DNA of 64,000 nt from Magallana gigas (Eukaryota). This document shows, piece after piece, positions 61,601 through 64,000 of the stretch (the first letter of the stretch is position 1; each line of letters starts with the position of its first letter). The notes under the pieces were generated by a model. The model did no database searches and was not told where the DNA came from. It was given only the letters and a program-made list of their open reading frames with translations. The translations under genes were made by a program, and so were the position numbers. The stretch is taken from positions 6,014,001-6,078,000 of the forward strand of contig NC_088856.1 in the NCBI RefSeq assembly GCF_963853765.1, written 5' to 3'.

Positions 61601-62255
61601 CTACTGCATAGAATAGTCTGAAAATTTGTACATATTTACATCACCTGCAGTTTTTATTAAGAGCAGGCTAGATTTGATTAGTTTATGCAAGTTTTAAAAT
61701 AGAATTTCAGGTATTGTTTGGCCAAAAAAAATTGTTTTGGGTTCTGAGGCAAAAAAGTTCAAAATATAATGAGACAGGCAGGTGATTTATTTTTAGATTT
61801 GCGAAGGGGAATAATTCAGTGTCATATTTTAACTTAAAATTGAGTTATTCCTCCTTTTTAAATAGCAAAAGAATCAGTGCAGTAGAAATTGGTCTTAGAC
61901 GATACATAGTTTGGTCTTATTCAAACTCTATATCCACAAGTCATTTCAGACAAACATCATTTATAAGCTTAAACATGTTTATTTGTTTAAAAAAGTGGCC
62001 TAAGTATCCCATGACAATTTTACGCTACATTACAATAACCTCCATTCATCGGAGCGATACTCCTTAAAATTGAATGTATGCCCCGTGAATTCTTACAAGA
62101 TTCCTAATTGACAGGTTGGGGGCCGACTCAGGAGCCGTATAGCCGAACAACTGCTAAACGAGCTTGAACTGGACGCCCATAGAACCGTGGTACAGCTAGA
62201 AGAACTACAGATAGAGAACAGACCGGGCTCTGGGCGCCGGGAGACTGCCTACTGA
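29610..62255 (+). CDS. CCDC162: CCDC162-like (DUF4549) coiled-coil protein, ~2,292 aa, 51 coding exons
   Basis: Hand-spliced, all GT-AG and phase-consistent: 29610-29752, 30097-30169, 30430-30540, 31099-31223, 31601-31784, 31943-32008, 32129-32345, 32751-32863, 33063-33188, 33748-33942, 34166-34320, 34830-34957, 37711-37817, 37996-38093, 38190-38291, 38560-38697, 38845-38956, 41794-41910, 42185-42385, 42691-42797, 42958-43048, 43384-43521, 43882-44028, 44276-44335, 45048-45202, 45629-45725, 46031-46164, 46967-47138, 47424-47521, 47783-47905, 48007-48087, 48378-48658, 48920-49098, 49487-49638, 50119-50208, 50632-50837, 52085-52253, 52555-52705, 52984-53121, 53487-53668, 55741-55804, 56000-56099, 56335-56491, 56805-56902, 57160-57308, 57672-57842, 58067-58162, 58274-58462, 58613-58679, 59027-59211, 62115-62255 (6,879 nt). 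An optional exon lies at 59738-59773. The N-terminal PKDVSYFRRERK..LPLLLHQ..HMLRWKRFC and internal ADWGGTEGIG and GEILGVSLLMEDVL motifs are recognised from memory as CCDC162/DUF4549. The C-terminal third is coiled-coil-like. Confidence 0.88.
29716..29937 (+). repeat. 4 x 56-bp tandem repeat spanning a splice donor (last 37 nt of exon plus GTAA)
   Basis: Units start at 29716, 29772, 29828 and 29884; each contains ATGATCAG|GTAA. Confidence 0.95.
31180..31411 (+). repeat. 5 x 47-bp tandem repeat spanning a splice donor
   Basis: Units start at 31181, 31228, 31275, 31322 and 31369; unit GTACTATAG(A/G)ATCCCTGTATCCCCACTACACAAAGCGACTCAA|GTAA. Confidence 0.95.
35444..36243. mobile_element. MITE (TACTGTGGAATCA...TGATTCCACAATA) carrying a nested TA-flanked MITE at about 35556-36134
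   Basis: The outer imperfect TIRs are seen directly. The inner element starts TACAGTAAAACTCAGTTATAGCGAA and ends TTCGCTATATCCG...TATACTGTA. Confidence 0.65.
35544..35715. repeat. Perfect palindrome: 84-bp arms with a 4-nt TTCG loop
   Basis: 35544-35627 is the exact reverse complement of 35632-35715 when read base by base. Confidence 0.93.
36501..36716. mobile_element. TA-flanked MITE, same family as 8068-8281
   Basis: Ends TACTGTATACAGGGAAATATTTGCC and GACGAAAATAACCCTGTGTACAGTA. Confidence 0.85.
38991..39181. mobile_element. TA-flanked MITE; related copy in opposite orientation at 52255-52463
   Basis: TIRs TACTGTAGATTCCT and AGGAATATACAGTA. Confidence 0.75.
39223..41732 (+). mobile_element. 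Helentron-associated interspersed element (HINE-like) with a ~177-bp satellite array and a ~1-kb AT-rich insert
   Basis: T-run plus subTIR AGCTCACCGAGACGA (39228) matches TCGTCTCGGTGAGCT (ends 41708). A (GGCGTC)3 microsatellite follows the 5' end; the 3' hairpin is GTAATC-tgt-GATTAC. Monomers start at 39295, 39461, 39638 and 39815. Confidence 0.8.
43096..43440 (+). repeat. Degenerate ~3-copy duplication spanning the acceptor and 5' half of exon 43384-43521
   Basis: Copies starting GTGATAGAGAAATCTC at 43096 and 43237 align with ...TAG|GAGTTGATCCATGCCCATCAGCCCCAGTCGGTGTACAGCACAGTGATGA. Confidence 0.7.
43518..43575 (+). repeat. 3 x 20-bp repeat spanning a splice donor (AGAT|GTGAGTACT)
   Basis: Seen directly, period 20. 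Confidence 0.9.
43811..43890 (+). repeat. 47-bp-period duplication of a splice acceptor
   Basis: AATTTGTCTGATGCATATTGTAG|CTGTTT (AG at 43833-43834) versus AATTTGTCTGATGTGTATTGTAG|TTGTTT (AG at 43880-43881). Confidence 0.8.
44398..45003 (+). mobile_element. HINE-like element carrying a (GA)n microsatellite (44845-44930)
   Basis: T-rich start, subTIR AGCCGTGCT matching AGCCCGGCT (44973), 5' hairpin CTCTGC-tgaaa-GCAGAG, and 3' palindrome AGTACT-tc-AGTACT followed by a T-run. Confidence 0.55.
45553..45643 (+). repeat. ~45-bp duplication of a splice acceptor and exon start
   Basis: CCCTCCCTCAG|GATATGTATGCCCCTC (AG ends 45583) versus CCCTTCCCCAG|GATGAGTGTGCCCCTC (AG ends 45628). Confidence 0.8.
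46123..46221 (+). repeat. 2 x 55-bp repeat spanning a splice donor
   Basis: CAATTCCTGTGTACCTATAGAGGAACCTGACATACACAAAGG|GT at 46123 and again at 46178. Confidence 0.92.
46469..46625. repeat. Inverted repeat: 65-bp arms with 3 mismatches and a 27-nt spacer
   Basis: 46469-46533 pairs with 46561-46625. Confidence 0.85.
49671..49841. mobile_element. TA-flanked MITE with CAGT termini (pogo/Tc1-like)
   Basis: TACAGTCAAACCTCACTATCTCGAA pairs imperfectly with TTTGAGATATCGAAGTTCAACTGTA. Confidence 0.8.
52255..52463. mobile_element. MITE of the 38991 family inserted at the +2/+3 TA of a splice donor
   Basis: TACTGTAAATTCCT begins one base into the intron. The reverse complement of its right part aligns with 38998-39050. 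Confidence 0.65.
53642..53750 (+). repeat. 3 x 37-bp repeat spanning a splice donor
   Basis: GACCAGAGAGAGGCATAACTTTGATAG|GTAAGG units at 53642, 53679 and 53716. Confidence 0.92.
53905..55618 (+). mobile_element. HINE-like element carrying ~6 monomers of a 166-bp Cg170-type satellite
   Basis: TTTTTT-AGCTCACC-GAGCTGAAAGCTC start, (GTCT/GTCC)n microsatellite at about 53957-54025, monomers at 54239, 54405, 54571, 54737, 54900, 55069 and 55235 (partial), and a 3' GGTGAGC plus palindrome GGCCCATGGGCC plus TCTTGTT. This matches the described Cg_HINE architecture (from memory). Confidence 0.88.
59738..59773 (+). CDS. 36-nt phase-0 microexon (VAGKLRHSISEQ) of the CCDC162-like gene, paralogous to the start of the terminal exon
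   Basis: CACTAG|...GAGCAG|GTATCA; open and in phase with the upstream exon; 7/12 aa identical to VGGRLRSRIAEQ. Confidence 0.6.
60729..60761 (+). CDS. Candidate 33-nt exon ending in a stop (AHVIRAKLYR*)
   Basis: TTGTTCCATAG| acceptor, phase 0, and TGA immediately followed by donor GTGAGT. Confidence 0.35.
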   Translation, partial: AHVIRAKLYR

Positions 62256-62929
62256 TGATGTCACAATAGTTGCTGGATACGTTTTGATATTTGTAGAGCG
62301 AGTTGTAGCCGCCGACCTCTGAGGTCACGGCCACTGACTTCATTACTATCCTTGTAATGTGTACAAATTGTGAATGGTTTTAATTTGAGATTTTAGTTGG
62401 TTAATTATACGTGTATTCATACGCGTTCCTGGCTCGTAGGTCTACCAAAGTGCTTCACCTTCATTACTGATAAAATAGTTCTAATTTTTAAAATTATTTT
62501 TCTCCCACATTTACTCTTGTTGGTATACCTTTGCAGATGTAAGGGACAAATGACGATTCTCTATTTGAATTGTGAATAATGTGATATAATTTTATAGAAA
62601 TCGTATTCAGGCATATACTTGTGCTGATTTCAACCAATAGACAATAATGTACTACATTTTATACAAATGTCTCGAGATATTTTGTTGTTGTTTTTCTATG
62701 TATGTACCCGATGTATTAGACTGTGATATGATTATGAATTTTAAGATTACTCTATATATGTTCGAGTAATTCAGTTGCCATTAGTCTTTGTATTTAAGTG
62801 ACCATTTCATTTATACTTTATACATAAAAGTGATAAAAAGTTACAAGAACTTTAAAAATTAGATTATTTTACATGTGTGTTAGTGTTTGTTAATAGTGAT
62901 GTTTAAGTTATCCGTCCACACATTGAACC

Positions 62930-62935
62930 AATAAA
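62930..62935 (+). terminator. Candidate poly(A) signal of the CCDC162-like gene
   Basis: AATAAA ~675 nt after the TGA TGA stop. Confidence 0.4.
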
Positions 62936-63414
62936 TGTTACAATGAATAGTTGCACGCCTTGTGTCTCATTCCTCTGATCGTTAGAATCATCGTCTTGAC
63001 CTAGGAGATACTTTGGCTTCATTACATTATCCATCTCGAAAATAAGCGCCTGACTGAGTCTAGTGGCTGCAATGTTAGAAAGACGTTCTAAATGACAATG
63101 TAATACACTGCATTATAATTATTCCAACTTGGTGGTCCTGGTTGTGTGTGGTAAAGTGGATTCATTAACAATGTCTTTTTTTAAAATAATTTTCAAATTT
63201 GGATATTTATTCGAACTTAAGACACAATGGGTTTAAATATTATAAAGAAGAGTTCCATGATTACTCTCATCAAAGCAATGGTACAATTTACATAGCCTAC
63301 ATTATAATAATAACATGCATCCACTGAAAGAGAAGTGCTTTTGATGGTTAATAGTACATTGTTTATATATCGTCCACATGAAAATCTCTTGCGGTCCTGC
63401 ATGGAGCTTTCCCA

Positions 63415-63570
63415 TTATTCAGTGGAGGAATTACAAGTTTCCATCGAGTCTCTTTTGTAGTTCTTTAACAAAGTCTGGGTTAGCTCCCCTAGCTGTTTGA
63501 TGTCGTTAGGGATATCCTCGTCTTCTGCGGCTTTTTTTGGTACAATTTTTACCGCAAGATCTTTTATTTT
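63415..63570 (-). CDS. Probable terminal coding exon of an unidentified convergent gene
   Basis: Acceptor TTATTTCTAG| then KIKDLAVKIVPKKAAEDEDIPNDIKQLGELTQTLLKNYKRDSMETCNSSTE*. The other two frames stop earlier. A minus-strand AATAAA lies at 63211-63206. Confidence 0.5.
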   Translation of the reverse strand, partial: KIKDLAVKIVPKKAAEDEDIPNDIKQLGELTQTLLKNYKRDSMETCNSSTE

Positions 63571-64000
63571 CTAGAAATAAACATAAGCAAAATCTTACAC
63601 AAAAGTAGAAGTGTTGGAAATTGATATTTGGGGACTTTTCGAATCTCTTTGAAGAAGTGCTATGCATATAAAAATTACTTCAAAAGTGTTCAAACTAGAT
63701 TTGGATTTTAAAGGTAATGGTAGTGGATATTTTCATATAAAAAGTCTTTATTTTGATCTGATGGGAATTTATCGACCGATGAGATTTCATTATCTCGTAA
63801 AATATGTTTTAAGACTAATTATCTATAGCTAAAATAAATTCTTATCATATTTTCCCCCCAAAAAAGTTACAACATGTAACTTTCAACTAATCCTGCAGGG
63901 CAATTTCTGACAGTCACTCTGGAACCTAAGTTCTTTTGTCAGTGATAGTAGTTGTTTGTCCTGAGGGGTACAAACTGGTGTTTAGTATATATTTACCCCG

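Overview
AT-rich animal genomic DNA, most likely the Pacific oyster Crassostrea (Magallana) gigas or a close relative. That assignment is an inference from a 166-bp Cg170-type satellite inside a Helentron-associated element and from abundant TACATGTA octamers. There are no prokaryotic features. Four protein-coding units are visible. (1) The first two coding exons of a rolling stone (rost)-like membrane protein on the minus strand, running off the left edge. (2) A single-coding-exon, 1003-aa PRRT3/PRRT4-like protein: signal peptide, ~350-aa Glu-Pro hexapeptide stalk, 7 TM helices (23066-26077, +). (3) A complete CCDC162-like (DUF4549) gene of ~2,290 aa, which I assembled by hand into 51 phase-consistent GT-AG coding exons (29610-62255, +). 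(4) A probable last coding exon of an unidentified convergent gene at the right edge. Repeats include a 5'-truncated LINE interrupted by a 331-bp MITE with a 5-bp TSD, a decayed TRIM with tRNA-like LTRs plus a solo LTR, three Helentron-associated (HINE-like) elements with different repeat cargo, and several TA-flanked MITEs. The most unusual signals are: eight tandem duplications centred on splice sites of the CCDC162-like gene; a 36-nt microexon that paralogises the start of the terminal exon, with a possible alternative stop exon; a perfect 84-bp-arm palindrome in an intron; and the EP-stalk 7TM receptor-like protein. All coordinates were read by eye and gene models lack transcript support.
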